Of a stretch of DNA of 64,000 bases, positions 1 through 9,316 are shown in pieces. The first letter of the stretch is position 1; the number at the start of each line of letters is the position of its first letter. Made by a program: the position numbers and the translations under genes. The stretch covers positions 601 through 64,600 of the forward strand of contig DATKWK010000023.1 of NCBI GenBank assembly GCA_035529595.1, in the 5' to 3' direction. The DNA is from Candidatus Bathyarchaeia archaeon. Its GTDB lineage: Bacteria > Patescibacteriota > Microgenomatia > PFEM01 > JAFGMK01. Under the pieces are notes generated by a model. The model searched no databases and was not told where the DNA came from. It worked only from the letters and a program-made list of their open reading frames with translations.

Positions 1-10
1 CCGGAACCAA

Positions 11-1114
11 GTGTTGGCAATCGGTGATTTTTTAAGCGCCGTCGGCCGGGAATATTGGCCTCATTTTTTCACCCTGGCTGAGACGGCTTTAGCCGATAAC
101 CTGTCATCAGATCTCCGCTTATCTCCCCAAGCTCATTTAGAACTTTATCTTAATTTTGTTACCGGCATGACTTTAGACAGTATGAAGGCCAGTTTAGGCG
201 TCAGTGACGCGGCGATGACTGACGCCAAAAACCGGGTTGCCAGGCAAACTGCGGTTTTACTGGAAAGTTTACATGCCGGGCAGATCAAAGAGGAGGGAAG
301 GAAGGCTCAGGCGGTAATCTGGCAGGAATGGTGTGATGATCATCATGAGTTAGCAAGAGATGTGCAAGAAATAGATTCATTAGCTGATTCCCAGGATATG
401 ACTAATATTCACCCTGCCGACCGTCCGGTAGTGACTTTCTTACAGCAGATTCCCCGGCAAAATTGGCCATGGCTTTTGGTGGAAGTTGGGAAAAGGGAGG
501 CAAATTCCTGCCGGCTGTCTTCAAAATTGGCGCCGGCGGACACTTTTGCCATGGTTGAGGCAACGCTTCATCATTTGGTTCAGGATCAAGCAACGGTTAT
601 TGCCGGTGAAAGACGAAGCGGCCAACAGCTCCATTCTTGGCGCCGGCGGATTTTATCCCATCTTAAAGGAATTGCTCAGGATCAGGCGTTAGTTCAGACT
701 TTAAGCGGACAGGAAATGCTGGTGCCGGGCTTGGTTATTCCCGAATGGGATCCGATGGGGCAGGTTTTGACCTGGTTGGGCCGGCAAAGAATCGTTCTTT
801 CTGACGGCGCTGAGCCGTCGGCGCTGTTTTCCCTTTTAGCCGGTGTGGATAGATCAGTTGTCCAGCGCAGGATTCCTTTATCAAAAAACAGCCTAGCAGT
901 CCTAAGAAAAGTCTGCCAAGGAACTGCTCTTGCGCTTGAAGCAGGTGATTTAGCAAAATTGGGGGAATTGAGACGATCATTAGAAAGAGCTGGTTTAGAC
1001 GGCCTGCTTAAACACCAGGTAGTTGCCAGAAATAACCGACAGCTAGGAGTGTACTCGTTACGATTGTTATCAGATAGGCAGAGATTAAACTTAGAGATGG
1101 CTCGACAAGTTTAG
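11..1114 (+). CDS. hypothetical cytoplasmic protein. It may be 5'-partial, because the ORF opens at the window edge with GTG.
   Basis: 367-aa ORF. It is first of four co-directional genes. I recognise no motif in it. Confidence 0.45.
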   Translation: MLAIGDFLSAVGREYWPHFFTLAETALADNLSSDLRLSPQAHLELYLNFVTGMTLDSMKASLGVSDAAMTDAKNRVARQTAVLLESLHAGQIKEEGRKAQAVIWQEWCDDHHELARDVQEIDSLADSQDMTNIHPADRPVVTFLQQIPRQNWPWLLVEVGKREANSCRLSSKLAPADTFAMVEATLHHLVQDQATVIAGERRSGQQLHSWRRRILSHLKGIAQDQALVQTLSGQEMLVPGLVIPEWDPMGQVLTWLGRQRIVLSDGAEPSALFSLLAGVDRSVVQRRIPLSKNSLAVLRKVCQGTALALEAGDLAKLGELRRSLERAGLDGLLKHQVVARNNRQLGVYSLRLLSDRQRLNLEMARQV

Positions 1115-1226
1115 ATGGAGGTTGTGAATAAAAGGAAAAGCAGAGAGAAAAGGGCCTCCTAAAGTTGGGTCGTAGGTTCAGGGCCGGACCCTGAGTTTGT
1201 TGAAATAATTAATTCGAGGGATACTT

Positions 1227-3689
1227 ATGGAAAATGATCAAGAGTCAAGAGTAGATGATCGAAAGCGCCAGGCCGGCACGCCACTAAAGGTGGAGTTTAA
1301 ACCAATCGGACCAAGAGATCTAGGTTTAAGTGGACAAGATTACGAAATAGTTGAAGCTTTGCCGCCTGAGTATCATCAAGTTGTTGCTCAAACTAGAGAA
1401 CAATTGCAAAGATTAGTTATCGAGGGAGACAGTAATCAGCGAGGAGACCGACAGAGATCAGTTAGGGATTGGATTTTCGCCAGTCCAGCCCATTATATGG
1501 CTATGCAAGGCGAAATTGATTATTGTTTTCAACATGGAACTTTAAACAGGGAACAGGAAAAATTAGTTAGCCTGTTAGTCAATCCCAATGATAAAGTTCT
1601 TACTAATACGAGTCTGCGTTTCTCTGAAGCTTCCCGAAAGTTACCGCAACCTTGGGAATTTCAAGTTTTAATGATGGGAATCGGAAGGCAGGATAAAGGG
1701 GCACTGGCGGTTTGGGATGGGATTTTTAATCTTCCAGAAAAGACGCTTCGAATCGGTGAAGCAAAGATTAAGCACAAAGTCAAAGATGGAGAGCCGGAAG
1801 AAACCTTAGAAGCAGCAAGAAGAGAAGTCGTAGTTCGTGCCTGTCAAGAAGGTCTAGAAATTACTTATAATGCGATTATGGGTCTCTTGCCCTGGGCTGA
1901 GGCATCACCGGTTTTTTACGCCGGTGTTGAAAAACTCCGGAATATTCCCGAGGATACAAGGGGCAAACTTATTCCTCAAGCAACGATATTGATTGCTGGT
2001 CGCCTGAGGGAAATTGACAGTCAGCAGTTGTCGCAAGTTGAACAAGCGATGGATTTCGTTGACCATCTTCATCTGGCAAATAGGCGCCAATTGGGCCAAT
2101 CTTATCCAGCTCTTTTAGAGCAGCAGGTTAGAACCGTTTTTGATCAGCATCCTTTAGTCGCAAGGCAGTTTCGGGCGCAAAGCCCGATTTCATTGCCCCA
2201 GGATCGGCGTTTCCCAAGAGATACGGAAATAAGTCTTTGGGGGATGGATTTTATTTCTACGATAATTGAGGCAATTGAAGCAAACAGACCATTACCGGTA
2301 GCGGTAGCCCGAACGCCCGTTGCCCGCGGACAGCTATTGGAAAAATTATATCAGGCTAGAGTCGCTCTTTGGATTGAGCTTTTAGACACTGAGGCTTATC
2401 AACTAAGAAGAGCCGGATATACTTCAGAACTAGCGTACCAGGCTTTCAGTTTGCCTGATGGTACCTTCGGTTTAGCCGCTGGTTTTGAGCCGGCACCGAG
2501 TCAGGATTTGGCTGCCAGGTTAAGACAACGGATTAGAGATGAATTTACCGGAATACTTAAAAATCAGCCGTCAAAGCCACTTACGGTTACCGATGTTCAG
2601 GGAATTGTTCAGGCTTTAGGGCCGGTCGGGCTTAGAAGAGTTGAGTATAGCGGTCAGACCCAGGACCGTATTGAAGCGCTTCGGCGGACAGTTCAGGAAA
2701 GCGGTAAATCGCTGCCGGAAAAAGGAGCTCGTGTTACTTTCAGAGGTGGTTTGCAGGCGGCTTGTTTAAAAAATATTGAATTTACACCGATCGGAAAGGG
2801 CGAGATTGGGGTTCGTTTTAATTTTGTTGGTGGCAGCCATTTTTATACTCATCTAACCCGTGATTTTTCGGTACCAGGACTTGAAGAGTTAGATAATACC
2901 GGCTTATTTTTGCATTTAGCGGCTTTAACTAACCTGGCGCCGTTTTTGGAAACCAAAATCCGGCCCGAAACGGGGTTAAGAAGAGCAATTCGGAATGAAC
3001 AGGGTGAAATAACAACTTTAATAAATCCAGAAAGAACGGCTGAATTATTAGAGACGACCGCTTTCCATTTACGGACTTTAGTGATTACCCACGAACCGCA
3101 TCCAACAAAAAGGGCTTGTTTACTGGTAGAGAAATCTTTCGGCTATGAACTTGCCGATTTGGATGCGGCCTTTGTCGCGGCTCAGTTATCGTTTAATTTT
3201 TTGGAGCAGCTGATGAGAGCAGATGAGACTTTAGCCAGACGGGTGATTAGCCGGCTTCGGGTAGTCTTTGGAAAGCGCCGGGACGAAGAGGCTGGTTACT
3301 TGCTTTTTGAAAGACCGGATGGCCAAATTGATGGCCGATTATGTCTTCTGAAACCAACACCGGATGAGCAGGAGAACCGACCGCCAGGGCGAATACTGGG
3401 GCCGATGGCGGAACAAGATTTGGTTAAAGTTTTTGGACCGCAGGCGGCTGATTGGTTAACCGACTTAGACTGGAGTCAGGCAGTCCCGGCTCATCTGGAA
3501 CGTGAGTTGAATTTTCAGCCCGGTTATCAAAATGATTATTGGACAGCGTGGGTTGATCATGTTCAGAAAATGGGTGGTCATCAGTTGATCTATCGGATTA
3601 GGCCAGTACTGAGTGAAGAGAAGCCAAAAGGAGGAGAGATGATCGAAGTAGTAGTCAGTGGCAGCCAGCCGGGTTTGGAAGTCGGTTAA
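1227..3689 (+). CDS. large hypothetical protein with no signal peptide
   Basis: 820-aa uninterrupted ORF. A GGA-rich RBS-like sequence (attcgagggatactt) precedes the ATG. It is co-operonic with its neighbours. Confidence 0.55.
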   Translation: MENDQESRVDDRKRQAGTPLKVEFKPIGPRDLGLSGQDYEIVEALPPEYHQVVAQTREQLQRLVIEGDSNQRGDRQRSVRDWIFASPAHYMAMQGEIDYCFQHGTLNREQEKLVSLLVNPNDKVLTNTSLRFSEASRKLPQPWEFQVLMMGIGRQDKGALAVWDGIFNLPEKTLRIGEAKIKHKVKDGEPEETLEAARREVVVRACQEGLEITYNAIMGLLPWAEASPVFYAGVEKLRNIPEDTRGKLIPQATILIAGRLREIDSQQLSQVEQAMDFVDHLHLANRRQLGQSYPALLEQQVRTVFDQHPLVARQFRAQSPISLPQDRRFPRDTEISLWGMDFISTIIEAIEANRPLPVAVARTPVARGQLLEKLYQARVALWIELLDTEAYQLRRAGYTSELAYQAFSLPDGTFGLAAGFEPAPSQDLAARLRQRIRDEFTGILKNQPSKPLTVTDVQGIVQALGPVGLRRVEYSGQTQDRIEALRRTVQESGKSLPEKGARVTFRGGLQAACLKNIEFTPIGKGEIGVRFNFVGGSHFYTHLTRDFSVPGLEELDNTGLFLHLAALTNLAPFLETKIRPETGLRRAIRNEQGEITTLINPERTAELLETTAFHLRTLVITHEPHPTKRACLLVEKSFGYELADLDAAFVAAQLSFNFLEQLMRADETLARRVISRLRVVFGKRRDEEAGYLLFERPDGQIDGRLCLLKPTPDEQENRPPGRILGPMAEQDLVKVFGPQAADWLTDLDWSQAVPAHLERELNFQPGYQNDYWTAWVDHVQKMGGHQLIYRIRPVLSEEKPKGGEMIEVVVSGSQPGLEVG

Positions 3690-3822
3690 AGATTAAATCA
3701 GTCTTCAATTCTTGAATTTTTTCCCAGAATATATTATTATAGGGTACTTGTTATATTAATGATCGATTTACAAGGCGAGTTATTCAGATTTTGCATAAAA
3801 ATTAATCAAACCTCATAGAAGT

Positions 3823-4101
3823 ATGTCAAAAGAAGCGATTGCTGTTTCAGGCGAGCTTTTAACTTGGTGTGCGCCGGTTTACACCGCCGCCAGAGACTTT
3901 CTTGGTCCAGCCGAAACAGAAGCTTTGGCTTATTGGTCAGAAAATGCCGGTTCGCCTTTAACCTGGGAAGAATATCGGCGGGCAAGCGGCGGCCATAGCG
4001 GCCGGGAAAAAGAGATGGTCTTGTCGTTAATGTCTTTGGCCGGCTATTGCCAAACTAGCGCCACAGCCGGAAAGCTTCCTTCCCTGGGAAGATGCAATTA
4101 G
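3823..4101 (+). CDS. small hypothetical protein
   Basis: 92-aa ORF in the same orientation within the cluster. Confidence 0.3.
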   Translation: MSKEAIAVSGELLTWCAPVYTAARDFLGPAETEALAYWSENAGSPLTWEEYRRASGGHSGREKEMVLSLMSLAGYCQTSATAGKLPSLGRCN

Positions 4102-4288
4102 AAAAGAAAGCAGTTCTAGAAGGAGGGATAATGCTGGGGCTCTAGCGACCTTTGTCCGTTATTTACCTTTTGATTATTGGCCGCTGCTGCTGGCTGCCTG
4201 GGAGATAGAATTTTATCAAAACGAAGAATTTACAAAATATCTAAGTTACTTTCCGATTACCAACATTCCGGAAGCACCGCTTAATTGG

Positions 4289-4834
4289 ATGATCCGCTAC
4301 TTAAACGGTGAGCTGCTGCCCGAGCTATCGCTGAGAGCTGGGAATGATCAAAAAGCAGTCAATTTTTGGATCGGACAGGCAATTTTAGCTTTTTGGAGGG
4401 TTGCCAAAGTAGGCTATTTTGACCGTCTGCTTGAGGGTCGAGGAGATGACGTAGGCGAGCACATGGTAAACGTGTCTGCGGTTATCGGTAGGGATAACGG
4501 ACAATCGTTACTAGAAGTCGACTTTCAGGATCCGTATCTTGCCGATCTATCTTGCCGGATCCCTCTTGCTGGTTTGCCGGCTAATAGTTCTCGTCTTTTG
4601 TCCCGACTGATGACTGGTGAAGAGATTAGTCTTACTGATACGGCAATCGGAAGATTGGGGGATAGCGATAGTTCGTACCAGACGCTTAAAAGATGGTTGG
4701 CCAGATCTCGTTTGGAATGGCTGATTACTCAGGATGACGGTAAATTGAGGCTAGCGGAAACAGTACCTTATTGGCGATTGAATAGTTTAGTAAGCGCGCA
4801 GGAAATTGTTCACCCCGGGGGTGCCCACAACTAG
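4289..4834 (+). CDS. hypothetical protein
   Basis: 181-aa ORF. The last codons overlap REP copy 1. Confidence 0.45.
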   Translation: MIRYLNGELLPELSLRAGNDQKAVNFWIGQAILAFWRVAKVGYFDRLLEGRGDDVGEHMVNVSAVIGRDNGQSLLEVDFQDPYLADLSCRIPLAGLPANSSRLLSRLMTGEEISLTDTAIGRLGDSDSSYQTLKRWLARSRLEWLITQDDGKLRLAETVPYWRLNSLVSAQEIVHPGGAHN

Positions 4835-4848
4835 ACACCTTGGTACAA
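4808..4848. repeat. REP-like element copy 1 (GTTCACCCCGGGGGTG hairpin plus TAGACACCTTGGTACA box)
   Basis: It has the same composite motif as copies at 17395, 54571, 55287 and 60818. It sits between convergent genes. Confidence 0.6.
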
Positions 4849-4850
4849 AC

Positions 4851-6152
4851 TCAGCGACAGTAATTACCGAAAAGAATCATAGCGTCATTTTTGCCGACAC
4901 TGCCCTGACCGTCTAAATTAGTTTCGGGTTGGTTTGTTGCCCAAAATTTCAGTAAATAACCGAGATCAAGCCCATTGGTTTTTCCGGAACCGTCAATGTC
5001 GGTTTCTGGTTTCTGATTTGAGGAAAGCCAAGAAGGAGCAGGCTGACTGAAAGGACCATTTTTTAAAGCATCAATTAGGGGCTGGTCGTTGACACTGCCA
5101 GCACCCAGCTGGAAAATACCAAAACCCCGAACCCCCTGCTGGTGGCCGTATTCGATTTTTCTGACAATACCGGGAGCGTCAAGCTTTCGATCCGGGTCAT
5201 TATCATTAGGCGGCATCCAGCCCAAGCCCATAATAACGGGATTAATATTTTTACCTTGAAATTCAAGAAAGGATTTCCAGCTGTCAACATCGTCATTCCA
5301 TTCTTGGTCGCTAGTCGAATACATCATCGGGACAATAGCGTCCAGATTGTCTGTTTTAAACCAAAGCGGGGGATCTTGCTGACCTTTAAAAAAATTTGGT
5401 ATGTATGGGTGGTTAGAATCGCTGCTCTGGCTAACGTAGATATTACCCGGATTAAGACTGCTCCAGTTCAGAAACCATTGGGGGATATACCTGTCTTGGC
5501 TGTAATTAGTCCACATCGGGCCGCTGTGAAAGACGGCGGCGGTAAGAAATTTGTTGGGAAAATTCGCCTTGATGGCTTGATTGGCCAGTTTAATCGTGGC
5601 GGTGACCGCCTCCATTTTGGTTTTGTTGGTATCGTGTGTCCACCCATAGCGGATATAGTCAAAATGAACGCCATCCAGTTCCGGATACTGGTTATATTGC
5701 CGCAGCCAGTCAAGGGCCCATTCAATTTGCGCTTCCTGCTCTGCCAGATCGGTAAAATCAGCCTGGCCGGCACCGCTGTTATAGCCGGTGCGATACATAT
5801 TACAGAGCCAAACATGAACACTGATACCCTTTTCCCTCAGCATCGACAGCATGGCTTTAAAATCAGTTTCGTTGGACCAACCGTGATTCCAACCGTATTC
5901 GTTAGTCAGCGGATAGGCAGCTAAAAAGACGGTATTCAGATTAGCCGCCAGGATTTTTTCCAAAGTAGCCTGTCTTCTTTCCGGCGAATTAAAAGCCGTT
6001 GGGTTAAGCCAGGCGCCCCGGACTTCAGCTTCGGTTTGGGCATAAACTAATGGAATGCTAGACAGTTTGGAAGAAGACATAAAAAGACGACTCGGAAAAA
6101 GAAGAATAATGAATAATAGAATAGTTTGCCGAAAAAATTTCCTTGTAGCCAT
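4851..6152 (-). CDS. secreted glycoside-hydrolase-like protein (GHL10/YngK-type TIM-barrel motif DGVHFDYIRY) with a C-terminal dockerin-like module
   Basis: The N-terminus is a hydrophobic signal. The C-terminus reads DIDGSGKTNGLDLGYLL...NLDGQGSVGKNDAMILFGNY, which is a duplicated Ca-binding dockerin repeat. Confidence 0.55.
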   Translation of the reverse strand: MATRKFFRQTILLFIILLFPSRLFMSSSKLSSIPLVYAQTEAEVRGAWLNPTAFNSPERRQATLEKILAANLNTVFLAAYPLTNEYGWNHGWSNETDFKAMLSMLREKGISVHVWLCNMYRTGYNSGAGQADFTDLAEQEAQIEWALDWLRQYNQYPELDGVHFDYIRYGWTHDTNKTKMEAVTATIKLANQAIKANFPNKFLTAAVFHSGPMWTNYSQDRYIPQWFLNWSSLNPGNIYVSQSSDSNHPYIPNFFKGQQDPPLWFKTDNLDAIVPMMYSTSDQEWNDDVDSWKSFLEFQGKNINPVIMGLGWMPPNDNDPDRKLDAPGIVRKIEYGHQQGVRGFGIFQLGAGSVNDQPLIDALKNGPFSQPAPSWLSSNQKPETDIDGSGKTNGLDLGYLLKFWATNQPETNLDGQGSVGKNDAMILFGNYCR

Positions 6153-6160
6153 AGTCTAGG

Positions 6161-7345
6161 TTAATGTTGAGCGAGACAGGTTTTTCCCCAATTCAAATAG
6201 AGATAACCAAGGTCAAAACCATTAATTAAGTTGTTCTGATAATTAACGGTTGTTGTTCGGAAATCGTCCTGATCAATTTTATTGTTGTTACCAGGACAGG
6301 GAATTATTGTCGGTGTGGCGGTTGGTGGAATGAGCGTCGGAGTAGCGGTGGAACAAATATTTCCTGCCAAGTCAAATTGGTATTGGGTGTTAACAAAACC
6401 GATGATCGATTCCGCCAGTGCTCGAGCATAAAGGTTGACTTTTTCGCTGCTGCTGATAAATGAATACTGGGTTTCGATTTGGAGGCCGTTAATCGTCCCG
6501 CCGCCTCTGGAACCGAAATGAGCGGTATTATAACCACCAGTGAAATAAGGATTGCCTTCCGGATCCGGATTTAGGGGACTGGGAAGAGACGAGTAACCCT
6601 GATTTTGAAGGTAGCCGCTGAGACTGGTTTCGCCTCGGATGACTTCAGGGAAGTATAAATCATTCCGGTAAATCAGGTTTTTAATGCTTGATTTATCAAT
6701 ATAAGTAGCGGAGTTAAGCTGTTCGTCAGAGTGGGAGAGGTCGCTACTACCTAAAAGATAACCCAGTTCAATCCATTTCATTTCGTGGCCGCTGGTATGA
6801 AAATCAAAATATTGACCTTGAACGCATTGCTGGTGGACCATACTTTTGGCATAATCAATGAATTCGTGGTACTCGTACCAGGCTTGTTCCGCCCATTGGT
6901 GGTCGCAAGCGGCCATATCCAGATAGCGGTTGGCATCCAATTTTTTCCGGGCCAGATGATTGATAATAATATGCGGGTATTTGCCGGTCAGCTGTTTAAT
7001 GTCTTCCCAAACACCACGGGCATATTCTTGACTGTTGGTATCGCGACCAACAACAAAACTATCTGAGCCGGTGCAGCCAGCCTTTGTCCGATCAGGGATT
7101 TCTGAAGGGTATAAATAGCCACCGTGGGGCGCAGAAATAATTATTGGCAGATTACCTTTAATATATTCAATGTACTGGTTTCTACCGTAGCATGATTTTC
7201 CCAATTCACACTGACCGGGATTAGTGTAGTCAGCCAGAGCTTGGCCGGCTAGTAGTCCGGAAAAATTGAACAAAAATAATTCCGCCAGAAAAATGATCGG
7301 AATTAGAATTTTTTTTAAGTGTAAAAAGTTGTTAATCTTAGTCAT
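6161..7345 (-). CDS. secreted hydrolase with IISAPHGG and FDFHTSGHE motifs, possibly of the N-formylglutamate amidohydrolase superfamily. The C-terminus is a half dockerin-like segment.
   Basis: Signal peptide and metal-hydrolase-like His motifs. The C-terminus has a PT stretch followed by DLGYLYLNW. Confidence 0.4.
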   Translation of the reverse strand: MTKINNFLHLKKILIPIIFLAELFLFNFSGLLAGQALADYTNPGQCELGKSCYGRNQYIEYIKGNLPIIISAPHGGYLYPSEIPDRTKAGCTGSDSFVVGRDTNSQEYARGVWEDIKQLTGKYPHIIINHLARKKLDANRYLDMAACDHQWAEQAWYEYHEFIDYAKSMVHQQCVQGQYFDFHTSGHEMKWIELGYLLGSSDLSHSDEQLNSATYIDKSSIKNLIYRNDLYFPEVIRGETSLSGYLQNQGYSSLPSPLNPDPEGNPYFTGGYNTAHFGSRGGGTINGLQIETQYSFISSSEKVNLYARALAESIIGFVNTQYQFDLAGNICSTATPTLIPPTATPTIIPCPGNNNKIDQDDFRTTTVNYQNNLINGFDLGYLYLNWGKTCLAQH

Positions 7346-7727
7346 TCAGAATACACTGACAGACTGGACAGCCATTAGTGTCAAGATAAATCTGGCCTTG
7401 TTCCAGGCAGTTAAGATCGCAGGTTGAACATTGGTCGGGGAGCGGCTTTTTGGGATCGTAAAGACGACAGCGGCCAGGGTATAGGATTTGCGCCTGGTCG
7501 CATTCAGCCTCACAGGTATTAGGGTAGGTAAAATAATTGCTGCCGCAAACAGGTGTGTCTTCGTCCGAACAGCCGCAGAAAAAATCGAACCTGGCTTCTG
7601 CCGGTTGGTTCTCGGTTGGTCCGGTTCTTTGCTTGGAAATCAGTAAAACATTGATAAAAAACAAAAAAACAGCCAAAATAAATGTAAAAAGAGGAGTTTT
7701 TCGAAAAATATTAACTTTTTTGGCCAT
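7338..7727 (-). CDS. small secreted Cys-rich protein with a Kazal-like module (CGCSDEDTPVCGSNYFTYPNTCEAEC)
   Basis: Its Cys spacing matches the Kazal pattern. It is a paralog of 35423..36007. Confidence 0.5.
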   Translation of the reverse strand: MAKKVNIFRKTPLFTFILAVFLFFINVLLISKQRTGPTENQPAEARFDFFCGCSDEDTPVCGSNYFTYPNTCEAECDQAQILYPGRCRLYDPKKPLPDQCSTCDLNCLEQGQIYLDTNGCPVCQCILND

Positions 7728-7806
7728 TTATTTTAAAATAAGGAAACTTTTTGTGGTCAACATAACAACATTCGGCTGCGGGACTTTCCCGGTCCGTATT
7801 GGATCC

Positions 7807-7881
7807 TGGTCGGGGAGAGAGGACTCGCACCTCCGACCTCACGGTCCCGAACCGTGCGTTCTACTTCTGAACTACTCCCCG
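7807..7881 (-). tRNA. tRNA-Pro (anticodon CGG) with encoded CCA
   Basis: A cloverleaf folds by hand. The acceptor is CGGGGAG/CTCCCCG, the anticodon loop is TTCGGGA, and the T-loop is GGAGG-TGCGAGT-CCTCT. Confidence 0.7.
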
Positions 7882-7972
7882 AATCTTTATGGGTACTTAC
7901 CATCTGATTTTATCATTAATACCAAGCTTTGGGGAGTACCGGTAAAAGCTGTTCTTGGGGATTATTAGCGTT

Positions 7973-8626
7973 TTATGCTCTTAAGAAAAACACTCTGAAT
8001 AGAAGAACTAGTGCCAAAATAGCCGCAATAACCAGCAGCGCAGTTCCGGTCGCCGGTAAAGAAGTAATCCCTTCGCCTTCGGGAATTCTTGTTGGAGTAG
8101 CAGTCGGCGCCGGTCCTCCGCCTACTTGAGGTTGAGGAGTTGGTGTTGCGGTATTGGTTGGTGTGGGCGTTGGGGTGTTGGTCGGCTGACCAGGTATCTG
8201 AGTTGGTGTTGCTGTCGGCGTATTCGTTGGTCTTGGTGTTGAAGTGGGTAGCGGATTTGGCGTTGCCGTCAAGACTGGCGTCGGTGTTTGGCTGGGAATC
8301 GGTGTTGAGGAGGGATTAATAGTTGGCGTGCCGGTTGGCGGTGGCGTATTGGTAGGTTGAATAATTGAAGTTGGCGTAGGTGAAAAGCTAATGGTTGGTG
8401 TTACTGTTGGCGTTACGGTCGGTGTCAAGGAAGGTTGGGAAAAGCAAAGAGTCAAAGTGCAATCGGAAGGGATTGGTGTTCCGGTGGCTGCCGGAGCGGC
8501 TTCTTTTCTGATTTCCTGCCGTTGTTTCGTCCGGGAGCTAATCAGGATAATCGAAAGGAAAAGCAATAAGTTTCCTATCAGGAAAAAAATTAAAGTGACT
8601 TTTCGTTTATCAATTTTTAATGGCAT
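7973..8626 (-). CDS. Pro/Thr-rich surface protein with a C-terminal LPATG sorting signal
   Basis: N-terminal TM helix and a long PT linker. The C-terminus is LPATG, then a hydrophobic stretch, then an RVFFLRA basic tail. Confidence 0.5.
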   Translation of the reverse strand: MPLKIDKRKVTLIFFLIGNLLLFLSIILISSRTKQRQEIRKEAAPAATGTPIPSDCTLTLCFSQPSLTPTVTPTVTPTISFSPTPTSIIQPTNTPPPTGTPTINPSSTPIPSQTPTPVLTATPNPLPTSTPRPTNTPTATPTQIPGQPTNTPTPTPTNTATPTPQPQVGGGPAPTATPTRIPEGEGITSLPATGTALLVIAAILALVLLFRVFFLRA

Positions 8627-9309
8627 GTTTGATTAATACAAACCCGGGAATGAATATTGAAACAAACCGGGTAGATAAAAGCATGGCACCAGCGGTAATA
8701 GTAATATTCGCCCTCTTGTCTGTTGAACTCGCCCGGTTGCCAATCAATTCTATCAATAACCTGAAAATCAACTCCGGTAATTCCATCCGGACAGTCAGTC
8801 CAAGCCTCGGCTTCAAAGCAGATCCTCTGTAGGTCGAGGTTTTCTAAACTGGGAAGCGGATTCCAGTTAGCGTCATAGGCAGTCAGACCGGTACAGAAAA
8901 AATCGCAGGTTGGTGTGATAGTTATTGTTGGCGGAGGAGGTGGAGTTGGAGTCGGGGTGCCGGTTAATGGTGGCGGTGTCGGTGTCGGACTTGGAGTACT
9001 GGTTAATGGTGGTAGGGTCGGGGTGGGGGTTTTGGTTGCCGGCGGTGGAGTTGGAGTCGGGGTCTTGGTTGACGTCGGAGTAACGGTCGGGGTCGGAACG
9101 TAGAAAAGAATAGAACAATTTAGTTGGCGATATTCAACAGCTTCAGTGCGCTTAGGTACAAATTGCGAGGGCGCCTGAGTCGGGCCCGGAAGTCGGGAGA
9201 TAATAAAAACGCTTGCTAAAACTGAGGAGCCTAAAGCGACTACAATCAGAACAGCCATCAGTTTTAGTAACCGTCTGATTTTATCCGGGTTTAAGCTTTC
9301 GAAAAACAT
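8617..9309 (-). CDS. membrane-anchored PT-linker protein with a Cys-rich C-terminal domain
   Basis: N-terminal TM helix, then a TPTPTP linker, then a Cys-rich domain. Confidence 0.45.
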   Translation of the reverse strand: MFFESLNPDKIRRLLKLMAVLIVVALGSSVLASVFIISRLPGPTQAPSQFVPKRTEAVEYRQLNCSILFYVPTPTVTPTSTKTPTPTPPPATKTPTPTLPPLTSTPSPTPTPPPLTGTPTPTPPPPPTITITPTCDFFCTGLTAYDANWNPLPSLENLDLQRICFEAEAWTDCPDGITGVDFQVIDRIDWQPGEFNRQEGEYYYYRWCHAFIYPVCFNIHSRVCINQTCH

Positions 9310-9316
9310 ATACCTA

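Noticed and set aside
5142-5924. 260-aa plus-strand ORF inside the GHL10-like gene
   Set aside because: It is antisense to a well-supported 433-aa gene, and its translation is low-complexity.
8391-9103. GVGVGV-type ORFs (8391..8636, 8915..9103) and other short ORFs over PT-linker DNA
   Set aside because: They are antisense readings of the Pro/Thr-linker repeats in real minus-strand genes.
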